From the NCBI GenBank assembly GCA_027623195.1, contig JAQBUT010000002.1:111193-175192 (forward strand): a stretch of 64,000 nucleotides of DNA, given 5' to 3'. The first letter of the stretch is position 1; each line of letters begins with the position of its first letter. Made by a program: the position numbers and the translations under genes. Source of the stretch: Chloroflexota bacterium (lineage in GTDB: Bacteria > Chloroflexota > Dehalococcoidia > Lucifugimonadales > JADFKI01). Below are positions 9,323 through 19,350 of the stretch, in pieces. Below the pieces are notes generated by a model. The model was not told the DNA's origin and searched no databases. It worked only from the letters and a program-made list of their open reading frames with translations.

Positions 9323-9760
9323 TCACCCCAGCCCGTCGATTTCGTAAGTGGTGACCTCCAGCAGGTAGCCGTCCGGGTCGCTGAAGTAGATGGACTGGCA
9401 GTCGGCGTGCACCAGTTTTTCGTAATCTATCTGCCGATCTTTCAGATGTTGCTGGTACGCAACAAACGTCACAGCGTCGGTGCCGAAAGCTATGTGGCAA
9501 GCTCTGGGACCCTGGCCTACGGGTGCCACGTAGGTCCGTTCCTGATTCTCCTCCAACAATGCTAGCTTGGTCGTGGCGTTGCCGATGTACGGACTGGAAG
9601 GACCCGCATTCGGGTCTAGCGCCGCAAAGCCGAACATCTCCGCATACCACCTCTTTGATTCTGCCAGGTCGCGTACCACGAAGGCCGCGTGGTCCATACC
9701 GCTAACGGTCAGTTGTTCTCTCAAAATTGTCTCCTCGTCGATGTAGTGAGGGTTAGCCAT
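9323..9760 (-). CDS. VOC/glyoxalase family protein
   Basis: DHAAFVVRDLAESKRWY, HIAF, SIYFSDPDGYLLEV. Confidence 0.9.
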   Translation of the reverse strand: MANPHYIDEETILREQLTVSGMDHAAFVVRDLAESKRWYAEMFGFAALDPNAGPSSPYIGNATTKLALLEENQERTYVAPVGQGPRACHIAFGTDAVTFVAYQQHLKDRQIDYEKLVHADCQSIYFSDPDGYLLEVTTYEIDGLG

Positions 9761-10025
9761 TAATGTGAGAATGGTAGCAAATTGCCCGGTTCGTTGGGGG
9801 GCGAATGGCTGGGGCTCCCGGCGTTTCCTTGACCGGCCCTATACCCGTTGCTAAACTCGCCCCTGGATGTTCGGCGAAGACATGCCCTACAGGTAGAACG
9901 TTATAATGCAAATGCAGGACGAGGCTCGCCGATGATATGGCGGGCGTTACGACTGAATGTTTTAGCTTGCGTCCGCATTCTGCATTGGACAACTTGTAAA
10001 ATATGAACTTTGAGGGGAGAAGCCA

Positions 10026-11141
10026 TTGGCTGACAAAGTAGGCCTGGCCATTATTGGCTCAACGGGAATAATAGGGCGAGTACACATCGATGCCATTGCC
10101 CAACTGGATAGTTGCCGTGTGGTTGGCATCACCGCGCGGAGCCAGGAGCCGCTTCGGAAGCAGGCGATGGAGCAACATGTAACCATGTACGCCACTCTGG
10201 ACGAGGTGCTGGAGGACCCGGAGGTCGACGCCGTGGTAATCGCCACGCCGCACCCGTCTCACCTGGAGATTACGCTGAAGGCAGCGGCGGCGGGTAAGCA
10301 CATCCTCGCAGAGAAGCCAATGAGCGTTACGCCATCCGACGCCGACGCTATGATTGCCGCCGCCAAGTCGGCAGGAGTGAAGCTAGGGGTTCTCTTCAAC
10401 AACCGCTTTCGTCCTGAGGCCATAAAAGCCAAAGAGCTTATTCAGCAAGGCGCCATCGGCTCCATAAACCGAGTTAGCATGTCCAGCGTCATGCTGCGCA
10501 GTCAGGACTACTACGACCGCCTGGATTGGCGCGGCCGCTGGGACATGGAAGGCGGCGGCGTTTTGATTAACCAGGGCATCCACGCCATAGACATGATGCA
10601 GTGGCTCGGCGGTATGCCAACGACCGTCTTCGGACGGATCACCGCTCACAGGCACAACGTCGAGGTTGAGGATCATGCCACGGCGGTAATGGAGTTCGCT
10701 GGCGGCGGCCACGGTACGCTGCACTGCACCACGGCCCAGGCCCCTAATCAACATCGTATAGAGATTTGGGGTGAGAAGGGTGCACTGATCCTGGATAACT
10801 GGGTGCTGACGCTACACAAGATTGGAACGTCGGTCACGGACTACGTCAATAACAACAAGGACGTCGCCTTCACAACCCCCGATGTTCAGACCGAGATCTT
10901 TGACGACTTTGAATCGATGGCAGGCACCCATGCGCCCGCCATTGACGACTTCGCACGCGCCATCCTGGAAAACAGGGAGCCGTCCATAACTGGCGAGGAT
11001 GGCCTTAGGTCGCAGGAGTTGGTTGCTGCTGTCACGCTGTCCGGTTGCCGGGAGAAACTGGTGCGTCTGCCCGTGGGCCGCGCCGAGTACGACGGCCTCA
11101 TGAACGAACTGCGCACCACAAGACGGATGCCTGGCAGGTAG
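10026..11141 (+). CDS. Gfo/Idh/MocA family oxidoreductase
   Basis: IIGSTGIIG, DAVVIATPHPSH, KHILAEKPM, GGGVLINQGIHAID, VEVED. Confidence 0.93.
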   Translation: MADKVGLAIIGSTGIIGRVHIDAIAQLDSCRVVGITARSQEPLRKQAMEQHVTMYATLDEVLEDPEVDAVVIATPHPSHLEITLKAAAAGKHILAEKPMSVTPSDADAMIAAAKSAGVKLGVLFNNRFRPEAIKAKELIQQGAIGSINRVSMSSVMLRSQDYYDRLDWRGRWDMEGGGVLINQGIHAIDMMQWLGGMPTTVFGRITAHRHNVEVEDHATAVMEFAGGGHGTLHCTTAQAPNQHRIEIWGEKGALILDNWVLTLHKIGTSVTDYVNNNKDVAFTTPDVQTEIFDDFESMAGTHAPAIDDFARAILENREPSITGEDGLRSQELVAAVTLSGCREKLVRLPVGRAEYDGLMNELRTTRRMPGR

Positions 11142-11169
11142 CGCATTCTAGGTAGACCCTCCGATAGCA

Positions 11170-11239
11170 TGTCATGCCGAAGAGATTGTCTGGATTCGCA
11201 GGCGTGCGTTCTAGATGCCCAGCTCTGCTCGGAATGACA
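11170..11239. repeat. TGTCAT(T/G)CCGA...TCGGAATGACA palindromic repeat, degenerate copy
   Basis: Terminal inverted repeats TGTCATGCCGA (11170-11180) and TCGGAATGACA (11229-11239). Same family as 35818-35924. Confidence 0.65.
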
Positions 11240-11284
11240 CTATCTTTCGTTTGGAAATAACGAAATCGAAGGAAATCCAGAAAT

Positions 11285-12328
11285 ATGAAGTTCGCCTTGT
11301 TTACGCATGTGCCTTGGCCTGAGGGATACGAACCGGCGAAGATTCTGGCAGAGACTACCGAGCAGATTCAGTACGGCGAGGAACTGGGCTTCCACAGCGC
11401 CTGGTTTGCGGAGCACCACTTCTCGCGCTACAGCATGGGCTCGTCGTCGCTGGTCATAGCTGCTGCTATTGCGGCAGCAACAAAGCGTATTCGTTTGGGC
11501 ACTGCCGTGCTGGTCCCGACTCTGCATAACCCGATACGTCTGGCCGAGGACGCCGCGACAGTAGACGCCATCAGCAACGGTCGTCTGGACCTGGGCTTCG
11601 GTCGTGGCAGCGGCGGTTACGAGTACGGGGGCTTCAACGTAAGTCGGGAGGAGAGCCAGGCCCACTTTCAGGAGAGTGTGCGCATAGTGGAGGGACTTTT
11701 CACCACAACCGAGTTCTCATATGCCGGACAGTTCTACCAGTTAAACAAGATAAACCTGGTGCCGCCGGTTACGCAGAAGCCTCACCCGCCCATGTACGTC
11801 GCAGCGTCGTTTACGCAGGAGACTTTGGACTTCGCCGTGTCGACGGGCCACAAACTGGCGTTGGCCGTAGTGCAGGACACCGAGCAGTCCCTGGACCTGT
11901 GCAAGCGCTTCGTGAAGATGTCGGCCGAGGCGGGCCACAACATACCCATGTCGGAGATACCGTTCTTTCGCTACTTCTACGTGGCCGAGACCGAGGAGCA
12001 GGCGCGTGAGGATACGGAGTCTCATATCAACTGGATTCTAGATATCATGCAGTGGCGGCGCATCTTCGACAAGGGCAGCAGCGAAGTGCCTTACAGCATC
12101 GAGGACTGGCGGCGCACTCGCACAGACGCGCCCTTGAGTTACGAATACATCAACGAGAATCGGGCATTCATCGGCACTCCCGAGCAGTGCGTCGTGAAGA
12201 TTCAGCGGCTGCGGGACGAGGGCATCGAGTACTTCGGCTGCAACTTCCACTTCGGCGGCATCTCGCATGAAAAGGCCATGAAGTCCATGGAGCTTTTTTC
12301 GAAAGAGGTCATGCCGCAGCTCTTGTGA
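11285..12328 (+). CDS. LLM class flavin-dependent oxidoreductase (luciferase-like monooxygenase)
   Basis: WFAEHHF, RIRLGTAV, HNPIRLAEDAATVDAISNGRLDLGFGRG, PHPP, GTPEQC. Confidence 0.93.
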   Translation: MKFALFTHVPWPEGYEPAKILAETTEQIQYGEELGFHSAWFAEHHFSRYSMGSSSLVIAAAIAAATKRIRLGTAVLVPTLHNPIRLAEDAATVDAISNGRLDLGFGRGSGGYEYGGFNVSREESQAHFQESVRIVEGLFTTTEFSYAGQFYQLNKINLVPPVTQKPHPPMYVAASFTQETLDFAVSTGHKLALAVVQDTEQSLDLCKRFVKMSAEAGHNIPMSEIPFFRYFYVAETEEQAREDTESHINWILDIMQWRRIFDKGSSEVPYSIEDWRRTRTDAPLSYEYINENRAFIGTPEQCVVKIQRLRDEGIEYFGCNFHFGGISHEKAMKSMELFSKEVMPQLL

Positions 12329-12383
12329 GGAGTGGTGTGTGGCGTAATTGGTTTCGACGGTGGCTGTATCGATGGTTTAACTC

Positions 12384-12468
12384 TTCACCCTCACCTCAGT
12401 CCTCTCCCGTCCAGGGAGAGGAAGACGCCCCTTCCCCCTTGATGGGGGAAGGCTGGGATGGGGGTGAA
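12384..12468. repeat. Palindromic REP-like repeat, CCCTCACC family, copy 2 (composite of two inverted units)
   Basis: TTCACCCTCACCTCAGTCCTCTCCCGTCCAGGGAGAGG followed by CCTTCCCCCTTGATGGGGGAAGGCTGGGATGGGGGTGAA, between convergent genes. Confidence 0.85.
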
Positions 12469-12547
12469 AGAATTGCCGATGACCAGCGTCGTAGTTTCGG
12501 GAAATGACTGCAACGAAAGAAATGCGGGAGAGGCATGCTCGAGAATG

Positions 12548-12988
12548 CTACTCCCCGGTGCCCAATCCCAGAAAACGCGCGTGCACATCCTCGGCGTTCA
12601 GAACCACCTGTAGCTGGCCATCGGCGTCGGTCTCGAAAGACGAGTCCTTGTTAAATTCTTCGACCATAAGGCCAAGCGCCTTCTTCAAAGTAGCATCCGT
12701 CATTGCGCTTGCCGCGCTATGGGTCTCGGCCCCAATTGTCAGCATTACGGCGATCTCTTCCGCCAGTAACTCCCGTTGAACAACGGACTTCTGAATGTCG
12801 GCGATGGCCTCCATGCGGCCGGCCCCCAGGTAGCACCCGCCAAACGACAGAAGCTCAAAATTCTCGCCATCCAGCTCCACGTCGGACTGCCGCTTGGGTT
12901 CCAGGCCGTTGTCTGTCAGGTACTGACGAACGTGAGAGTCTTCGGCATGCGGCTTAGTCTGACTGAAGAAGATCTGCACGGTGTACAT
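12548..12988 (-). CDS. Hypothetical protein (146 aa)
   Basis: ATG at 12988 with AAGGA upstream gives MYTVQIFFSQTKPH...FGGCYLG. The longer ORF start overlaps the S9 peptidase and was rejected. Confidence 0.7.
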   Translation of the reverse strand: MYTVQIFFSQTKPHAEDSHVRQYLTDNGLEPKRQSDVELDGENFELLSFGGCYLGAGRMEAIADIQKSVVQRELLAEEIAVMLTIGAETHSAASAMTDATLKKALGLMVEEFNKDSSFETDADGQLQVVLNAEDVHARFLGLGTGE

Positions 12989-13160
12989 GTCCCATTCCTT
13001 GGGTTCAACGCGAATGATCATTTGTTGGATGCTCCTTAGAGTCAGGTTAGCATCGGCGCGCGTTCGAAGTCCAGTTGTTTGCCTCAATAACCTTGTCCAC
13101 CGATGCTCCCTGACATAACATTTGGAAAGCACCAAGCCGGTATACCTCAAAGGACAAATA

Positions 13161-15140
13161 ATGCCATTGCAGACCGCTCCATACGGCTCCTGGAAGTCTC
13201 CCATAACGTCAGAACTTATCGTCTCTGAGGCCATCAGCATAACATGCTTGGCCCTGGACGGCGACGACGTCTACTGGGTAGAGATGCGGCCTTCTGAAGG
13301 CGCCAGGAACGTGGTGGTGCGTCGCACTCCGGACGGCAAGACGCAGGACGTCACTGGCACGCCGTACAACGTGCGCTCGCGTGTTCACGAGTACGGCGGT
13401 GGTGCGCTGACGGTGGCCGACGGCGTGGTGTACTTCTCGAACTTCGACGACCAGCGTCTGTATCGGCAGGAGGTCGGGGGCGAGGCCAGCCCGCTAACGC
13501 CCGAGATAGACATGCGCTACTCCGACGGCGACATAGACCGCCGACGCGGTGTCATGGTCTGCGTGCGCGAGGACCACACGTCGGCTTGGCAGGAGCCTGT
13601 GAACACACTGGTCGCCATCGACCTGCGGCGCGGCGGCGGCAGTCGTGTGCTGGTATCCGGCAACAACTTTTACACTAGCCCGCGCATCAGTCCAGACGGC
13701 ACGAAGCTTACCTGGCTTGCCTGGAATCATCCCAACATGCCTTGGGACGGCACTGAGCTTTGGGTCGCGGAACTGCTTCCTGATGGCGGCGTGGGCGAAC
13801 GACAGCTTGTGGCCGGGGGCAGAGAAGAGTCTATATTTCAACCGGAGTGGTCGCCGGGCGGTACGCTGTACTTTGTCTCCGACCGCACTGCTTTCTGGAA
13901 TATTTTTAGATATACGGGGGTAGGGCAAGCTAGTGAGGCAGAGGCTGCTGTGGAGCCGATGTGTCCGATGGAAGCGGAGTTTGGCCTGCCTCAGTGGGGA
14001 CTGGGCGTCGGGACGTACGGTTTTGCGTCGGAGGAGCGCATCATCTGCGCATACAACCAGCAGGGAACCTGGCACATCGCCGACCTGGATACGCAAACCA
14101 AAACTCTTCAGAGGGTGCCCACGCCCTTTACTGACATAGGCCGCATGGGCTTGAAGGTTGGCTCAGGCAAAGTGGTATTCACCGCAGGGTCGCCTACGAT
14201 GCGCATCGCCCTGATGCTGCACGATCTCAATGTCGGAAGCACGGAAGCCTTGCGCGCAACCAGTGAGTCAGCGGTGGATGACGGGTATATCTCGCAGCCT
14301 CAGGTAATAGAGTTCCCCACCGAGAACGGCGTGACGGCCCACGCCTTTCACTATCTGCCAGCCAACCAGGACTTCCAAGCGCCCGAGGGCGAGAGGCCGC
14401 CGCTAATCGTGATTAGTCACGGCGGGCCGACAGGCGCTACGACCTCTACGCTAAGCCTGATGACCCAGTATTGGACCAGTCGAGGCTTCGCCGTCCTGGA
14501 CGTAAACTACGGGGGCAGCACCGGCTACGGCACGGCTTACCGACGACGGCTCAACGGCAACTGGGGCGTCGTCGACGTGGACGACTGCGTTAACGGAGCG
14601 AGGTATCTTGTGGAGCAGGGCCTGGCGGATGGCGAGCGGCTGGTCATTCGCGGCAGCAGCGCCGGCGGCTACACTACCTTGGCGGCGTTAACATTCCGGG
14701 ACGCCTTCAAAGCAGGAGCCAGCCTGTATGGCATCTGCGACCTGACTGCGCTGGCGGAGGATACGCACAAGTTCGAGTCCCGTTACCTCGACACAATGAT
14801 CGGGCCGTACCCCGAGCGGGAAGACCTTTATGAGCAGCGTTCCCCTATCAATTACACAGACCAGTTGTCCTGCGCCCTCATCCTATTTCAGGGCTTGGAC
14901 GACCAGATTGTGCCGCCGAAGCAGGCGGAGGCCATGCTGGCCGCCGTGCGAGAGAAGGGTCTGCCCGTAGCTTACGTCCCCTTTGAGGGCGAGCAGCACG
15001 GCTTCCGCAAAGCTGAGAACATTCGCCGGGCTCTCGATAGTGAGCTTTACTTCTACTCCCGCGTGCTTGGCTTCGAGCTTCCCAACGACCTGGAGCCAGT
15101 GGAAATTGAGAATCTGCCGTCAGTGGGTAGGAGAGCTTAA
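13161..15140 (+). CDS. S9 family prolyl oligopeptidase / acylaminoacyl peptidase
   Basis: APYGSWKSPI, HGGPT, VNYGGSTGYG, GSSAGG nucleophile, QGLDDQIV, GEQHGFR. Confidence 0.95.
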   Translation: MPLQTAPYGSWKSPITSELIVSEAISITCLALDGDDVYWVEMRPSEGARNVVVRRTPDGKTQDVTGTPYNVRSRVHEYGGGALTVADGVVYFSNFDDQRLYRQEVGGEASPLTPEIDMRYSDGDIDRRRGVMVCVREDHTSAWQEPVNTLVAIDLRRGGGSRVLVSGNNFYTSPRISPDGTKLTWLAWNHPNMPWDGTELWVAELLPDGGVGERQLVAGGREESIFQPEWSPGGTLYFVSDRTAFWNIFRYTGVGQASEAEAAVEPMCPMEAEFGLPQWGLGVGTYGFASEERIICAYNQQGTWHIADLDTQTKTLQRVPTPFTDIGRMGLKVGSGKVVFTAGSPTMRIALMLHDLNVGSTEALRATSESAVDDGYISQPQVIEFPTENGVTAHAFHYLPANQDFQAPEGERPPLIVISHGGPTGATTSTLSLMTQYWTSRGFAVLDVNYGGSTGYGTAYRRRLNGNWGVVDVDDCVNGARYLVEQGLADGERLVIRGSSAGGYTTLAALTFRDAFKAGASLYGICDLTALAEDTHKFESRYLDTMIGPYPEREDLYEQRSPINYTDQLSCALILFQGLDDQIVPPKQAEAMLAAVREKGLPVAYVPFEGEQHGFRKAENIRRALDSELYFYSRVLGFELPNDLEPVEIENLPSVGRRA

Positions 15141-15141
15141 G

Positions 15142-15702
15142 GTGTCTATAGTTCTGCTGATGGGCTTCGTCACCTTAATCTGGGTGGTGGAGATTTTGGA
15201 CGGCTTTACGGGTAACAGCCTGGACCAGTATGGCATCGTGCCTCGCAATATCCATGGCCTTGTGGGTATACCGCTGAGTCCGTTTCTTCATGGCGGGCTG
15301 GGCCACGTGCTTTCCAACACACTGCCCCTGTTAGTGCTGGGCGGCCTTGTTGCCCTTCGAGGCAGAGCAATTCTAGTAGGTCTAACCCTGTTTGTGACTT
15401 TTCTTGGTGGTCTGGGCATCTGGGTAATCGGTAGGCCTGGCGTCCATATTGGAGCCAGCATACTGGTGTTTGGTTTCTTTGGGTACCTGGTGGCGCGGGG
15501 CTGGTACGACCGCAGCGTTCTATCTTTTGTAATCGCCGTAGTCGTTCTGATATTCTACGGCGGCCTCATCTTCGGCGCGCTACCTTCGCAGGGCTTTGTT
15601 TCCTGGGAAGGGCACCTGACGGGCATGCTGGCAGGCATTTTTTACGCACGGATTACTCGGAAGAGGCGGCTTCCGGCCCAGGATTCAGCAAAAGAGCCAT
15701 AA
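15142..15702 (+). CDS. Rhomboid family intramembrane serine protease
   Basis: SPFLHGGLGHVLSN, HIGAS, VSWEGHLTG. GTG start after GGAG, just past the peptidase stop. Confidence 0.88.
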   Translation: MSIVLLMGFVTLIWVVEILDGFTGNSLDQYGIVPRNIHGLVGIPLSPFLHGGLGHVLSNTLPLLVLGGLVALRGRAILVGLTLFVTFLGGLGIWVIGRPGVHIGASILVFGFFGYLVARGWYDRSVLSFVIAVVVLIFYGGLIFGALPSQGFVSWEGHLTGMLAGIFYARITRKRRLPAQDSAKEP

Positions 15703-16204
15703 GGTATTCGTCCAGGTACTCGCCATTAAACAGCATTGCTTTTGGCTCGGTGCCGTAGGTCTGAAAGCCCACGGACCGGTATAGACCGTATGCCGGAGTA
15801 TTGACGCTGGTCACCGCAAGAAGTATCTGCTCCAGGCCCGGCAATGACTTTGCCTGCTCGATAGCCCTGCGGATTAACTCCCTGCCGATGCCATCCCCTT
15901 GAGCCTCGGCGGAGACGTACATGCCCCAGAAGTGGCCTTTGTGGCGCGTCTTCTCTCCAGAATCTCGGCGAAATCCCACCATGCCCCTGAACACCTCGTC
16001 GTGAAACAGGCCCATTATGAAGTCGTCGCGTGAACGCTCGGTACTGCGGAGCCGCTCCTGCACAGCCTCCAGCGGCGTGTCGCGCTGCGACTCGTAGGAC
16101 TGGCCAAAGGCTTCGGGATGCTCCTTCAGCGCTTGCAAACGAAGTTCCTGATACGCAGGTGCGTCGACTTCCGTCAGTTGTCGATAGGCTATGGTGGGAG
16201 CCAT
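15653..16204 (-). CDS. GNAT family N-acetyltransferase
   Basis: LRLQALKEHPEAF, WGMYVSAEAQGDGIG, NTPAYGLYRSVGF. 3' end overlaps the convergent rhomboid gene by 50 bp. Confidence 0.92.
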   Translation of the reverse strand: MAPTIAYRQLTEVDAPAYQELRLQALKEHPEAFGQSYESQRDTPLEAVQERLRSTERSRDDFIMGLFHDEVFRGMVGFRRDSGEKTRHKGHFWGMYVSAEAQGDGIGRELIRRAIEQAKSLPGLEQILLAVTSVNTPAYGLYRSVGFQTYGTEPKAMLFNGEYLDEYLMALLLNPGPEAASSE

Positions 16205-16226
16205 TATTAATTTGCCTTGGGTAGGA

Positions 16227-17018
16227 CTACTTCCCCAGCTTCTTTGCCAGAGCGGCGCCGTGCTCCTTGGTCCAGTCGCTTATGATGCTGACGTCCCAGC
16301 CGATGCAGAAGTGTTTAACGCCCATCTCGATGTACTCTTCAGCGTCGCTGCTGTCCTTTAGCTCGATGCGAGGCGCTACGCCCATCTTCAACGCCGTCTC
16401 GATGATGTAGCGATCAGCCTCTTTGATGCGCGGGTCGTCCCACTGGTCAGGAATACCGATGCTCATGGAGTAGTCTGCCGGACCGAACTGCACCATGTCG
16501 ATGCCGCCTATGGACAGGATCTCCTCCAGGTTCTGAACGGCTGATTCCTTTTCGATCATCAGGGCTACCACGGTGTCCTCAAGGGAGTCGATATATTCGG
16601 TCAGCGTGGCCTCGCCGTAGCCGCCGTCGCGTCTCATACCTACGCCTGCGCGCCCTCCCGCCCTTGGCGTATCGGCCCTGGAAGCTGAAACAGCCTCGCG
16701 GGCGTCGTCAGCAGTCCAAATGTCGGCGAACAGGAGGTTCTGAATCCCTGAGCCTACCGCTCGAACAGCCAGATAAGTACGGGGCTGCTGTTCAATTTTC
16801 ATCATTGAGCTCATATTCGGAAAGAGGTCTACCGAGCGACCAAAATTCTCCAGGGACATCAGGTCGTAGGGTGCGTACTCGCCGGAAAACTCGATGTAGT
16901 CCATAGTCCCGGCCAGGCCGATAACCTCCACCATGCCCGGCCAAATGGAGTGCAGGTGCATGGCTATGCTGGGCTTGTCCTCGTTAAGAAGCTCTCGAAG
17001 CACATTGCGCTTTTTCAT
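16227..17018 (-). CDS. HpcH/HpaI aldolase/citrate lyase family protein
   Basis: ALMIEKESAVQNLEEILSIGGIDMVQFGPADYSMSIG. Confidence 0.9.
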   Translation of the reverse strand: MKKRNVLRELLNEDKPSIAMHLHSIWPGMVEVIGLAGTMDYIEFSGEYAPYDLMSLENFGRSVDLFPNMSSMMKIEQQPRTYLAVRAVGSGIQNLLFADIWTADDAREAVSASRADTPRAGGRAGVGMRRDGGYGEATLTEYIDSLEDTVVALMIEKESAVQNLEEILSIGGIDMVQFGPADYSMSIGIPDQWDDPRIKEADRYIIETALKMGVAPRIELKDSSDAEEYIEMGVKHFCIGWDVSIISDWTKEHGAALAKKLGK

Positions 17019-17286
17019 TCTTTTCTCCTGTATCTGAGTAATAGGTTACTTGCGTAAAATTATTTGGCGGCTACATGATACCCTAAGCATCGATTGGCGT
17101 TGCATGCGGGCCAACGCCGTGTCCCCGAAGCGCCGTAGAAGTGCAATTGGGATTCGATGCTGTCCAGGGTAATCAGTGCGGTTTCCGTGTTAACTGCCAA
17201 GGCCTGGACACCTGTCTGTTCGAGAAAATTTATTCGAGTAATATGCTAAAATCCCAAATATTCAGAGTAATGGGGAAATCTAGAAT

Positions 17287-18000
17287 ATGGACCTCTCTTC
17301 TATAAAGGTTCTCACCTTCGATATCGGTGGAACTGTGTTTGATTGGCACAGCTCCATCACCGCCGAGGTCAACCGGTTGGCAGGTGAGCGCGGCGTAGAA
17401 GTAGACGCCAGCCGTTTTGCCAACGATTGGCGGCGTGGGATGTTCCAAATGCTAGACAAGGTCCGCAGTGGCGAATTGCCCTGGATGAACGCTGATGAAA
17501 TCCATCGTTTGATGCTGGACGACATAACTCCCGGGTATGCCGCTCTTGAGCTCAACTCGGCGGACCTGGACGATCTCAACGGGGTATGGCATCGGCTCAA
17601 AGTCTGGAACGACGCCCCGGCCGCTATCGATAGGTTACGGGGTCGATACACGGTGGTGGTTTTGACCGTTCTCAGCTGGGCTATCGCGGTTTACAGTTCG
17701 GAGGCAAATAACCTTCAGTGGGACGGGATTCTCTCCTGTGAGTTTCTTGGGCATTACAAACCGTCGCCTGAGGCGTACCTCTCAGCCGTGAGTCTGCTGG
17801 GCGTACAACCGCAAGAGACAATGATGGTGGCAGCCCATTACGGCGATTTGCGCGCGGCCATGGGTGCCGGTCTTCACTCGGCCTTCGTCTCCCGTCCGGA
17901 CGAGCGCGGCGTGGGCGACAAGACCGAGTCGGGTCCTCAGCCTGACTTTGACGTTAATGCTAAGGACTTCGCCGATCTGGCCAATCAACTCCTGGCCTGA
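17287..18000 (+). CDS. Haloacid dehalogenase type II (HAD superfamily)
   Basis: FDIGGTVFDW, YKPSPEAY, MMVAAHYGDL, FVSRPDE. Confidence 0.9.
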   Translation: MDLSSIKVLTFDIGGTVFDWHSSITAEVNRLAGERGVEVDASRFANDWRRGMFQMLDKVRSGELPWMNADEIHRLMLDDITPGYAALELNSADLDDLNGVWHRLKVWNDAPAAIDRLRGRYTVVVLTVLSWAIAVYSSEANNLQWDGILSCEFLGHYKPSPEAYLSAVSLLGVQPQETMMVAAHYGDLRAAMGAGLHSAFVSRPDERGVGDKTESGPQPDFDVNAKDFADLANQLLA

Positions 18001-18048
18001 AGATTTTCCGCCTAGAGCAAACGCACCAGTCCAGGTGAAGGCAAAGTA

Positions 18049-19131
18049 TTAGCCTACCGTCAGCTTCTTCAACATCTCCTCATCCAACTCCACGCCAAGG
18101 CCCGGGCCGTTGGGCACGTCCAGGTATCCGTCCTTGACCTGCAGAGGCTCCTTTAGCACCGGCCAGCGGTCGCGGATGGAAATGTCCTCGATGTTGTACT
18201 CCTGGGCGTAAGGAATGATCGAGTATGCCGCGCAAACATGCAGGTGGGCAACGGTGCTCAGAATCGGCTGAGTGTTGTGAACAGTGATTGGCTTTCCAAA
18301 TGCCGTGCACAGGGCAGCGATCTTCTGGAATTCGGTGAAGCCAGGGGCCTTCACAATGTCTGGCTGGATGATGTCCACCTTGCCCTTAACTATCAGGTCA
18401 CGGTACTCGTAAAGCGTGTAGATCATTTCGCCCGCTGCTACCGGCATAGCCAGAGCATCCGCCACCTGGGCCAGGCCGTCCAGGTCGTAATGAGGCCGAG
18501 GCTCCTCGTAGTGGAAGACCCCTAGGGCCTCCAGCTTCTTGCCTATCTCGATTCCGTGGTGCACCGAGAAAGCCCCGTTTACGTCCACCAGGATGTCGAT
18601 ATCATCGCCGACTGCTCTGCGCACCTCGGTGACGGTGGCGATTGTCTCGTCGGCCGGGTCGTCGATGGCCCCTGGGACCGCGCTGTGCAACTTGTAGCCG
18701 GAATATCCCTGCTCTACGAAGTGAGCGGCGCGATTCGCCTCCTCTAAAGGCGTCATGTTGCGATTCATAGAGGACGCGTACATGCGGACCTTGTCGCGGA
18801 CCTTACCGCCAAGCAGCTTCCATATGGGTTGGCCTAGCGCCTTGCCCTTGATGTCCCACAAGGCGATGTCCAGGCCGGCAATGGCACACCAGATGGCGCC
18901 GCCCAACTCAAGGCCGCTGCCGGCGCGCTGCATGTCGTCGAAGCGAGGCTGGGTGTCAGTCGGGTCTTTGCCGATTAATGCAGGCGTAAGCAGGTCCTCA
19001 ATTAGCGTTTTGATGACTGTTGGCTGGCGGCGAAAGCACTCGCCGATTCCGGTTATGCCTTCGTCCGTAAATACCCTAACGAAGGGGTAGTCACCGTCCA
19101 AGATTAGACACTCGACGCTGGTAATTTTCAT
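18049..19131 (-). CDS. Mandelate racemase/muconate lactonizing enzyme family (enolase superfamily)
   Basis: AGLDIALWDIKGKALG, LVDVN, YEEP, AGE, IIQPD, HN, PGLGVELD. Confidence 0.93.
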   Translation of the reverse strand: MKITSVECLILDGDYPFVRVFTDEGITGIGECFRRQPTVIKTLIEDLLTPALIGKDPTDTQPRFDDMQRAGSGLELGGAIWCAIAGLDIALWDIKGKALGQPIWKLLGGKVRDKVRMYASSMNRNMTPLEEANRAAHFVEQGYSGYKLHSAVPGAIDDPADETIATVTEVRRAVGDDIDILVDVNGAFSVHHGIEIGKKLEALGVFHYEEPRPHYDLDGLAQVADALAMPVAAGEMIYTLYEYRDLIVKGKVDIIQPDIVKAPGFTEFQKIAALCTAFGKPITVHNTQPILSTVAHLHVCAAYSIIPYAQEYNIEDISIRDRWPVLKEPLQVKDGYLDVPNGPGLGVELDEEMLKKLTVG

Positions 19132-19262
19132 GGGTCGCATGCTCCGTCACATAGTTTTCGGACACAGGGTATAACGACGGATGAATCCGCGCAACGCTGG
19201 TCAGGAATGCAGTTGCCCCCTATCGAGGCAAGCCCCTAAAATGGTTAGGCACCAGTTGACGC

Positions 19263-19350
19263 GGAGGGGTGGCCGAGAGGCTTAAGGCACCTGTCTTGAA
19301 AACAGGCATACCGAGAGGTATCGCAGGTTCGAATCCTGTCCCCTCCGCCA
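19263..19350 (+). tRNA. tRNA-Ser (anticodon TGA)
   Basis: GGAGGGG...CCCCTCC acceptor stem plus GCCA, anticodon arm CCTGT-CTTGAAA-ACAGG, long variable arm ATACC-GAGA-GGTAT, GGTTCGAATCC T-loop. 88 nt. Confidence 0.97.

Noticed and set aside
9864..9890. Possible GTAG-type REP (GTAGGGCATGTCTTCGCCGAACATCC on the minus strand)
   Set aside because: A single imperfect copy in the window; the support is insufficient.
12989..13240. N-terminal extension of the 12548 ORF to 13240
   Set aside because: It overlaps the start of the S9 peptidase on the opposite strand, and a better ATG with an RBS lies at 12988.
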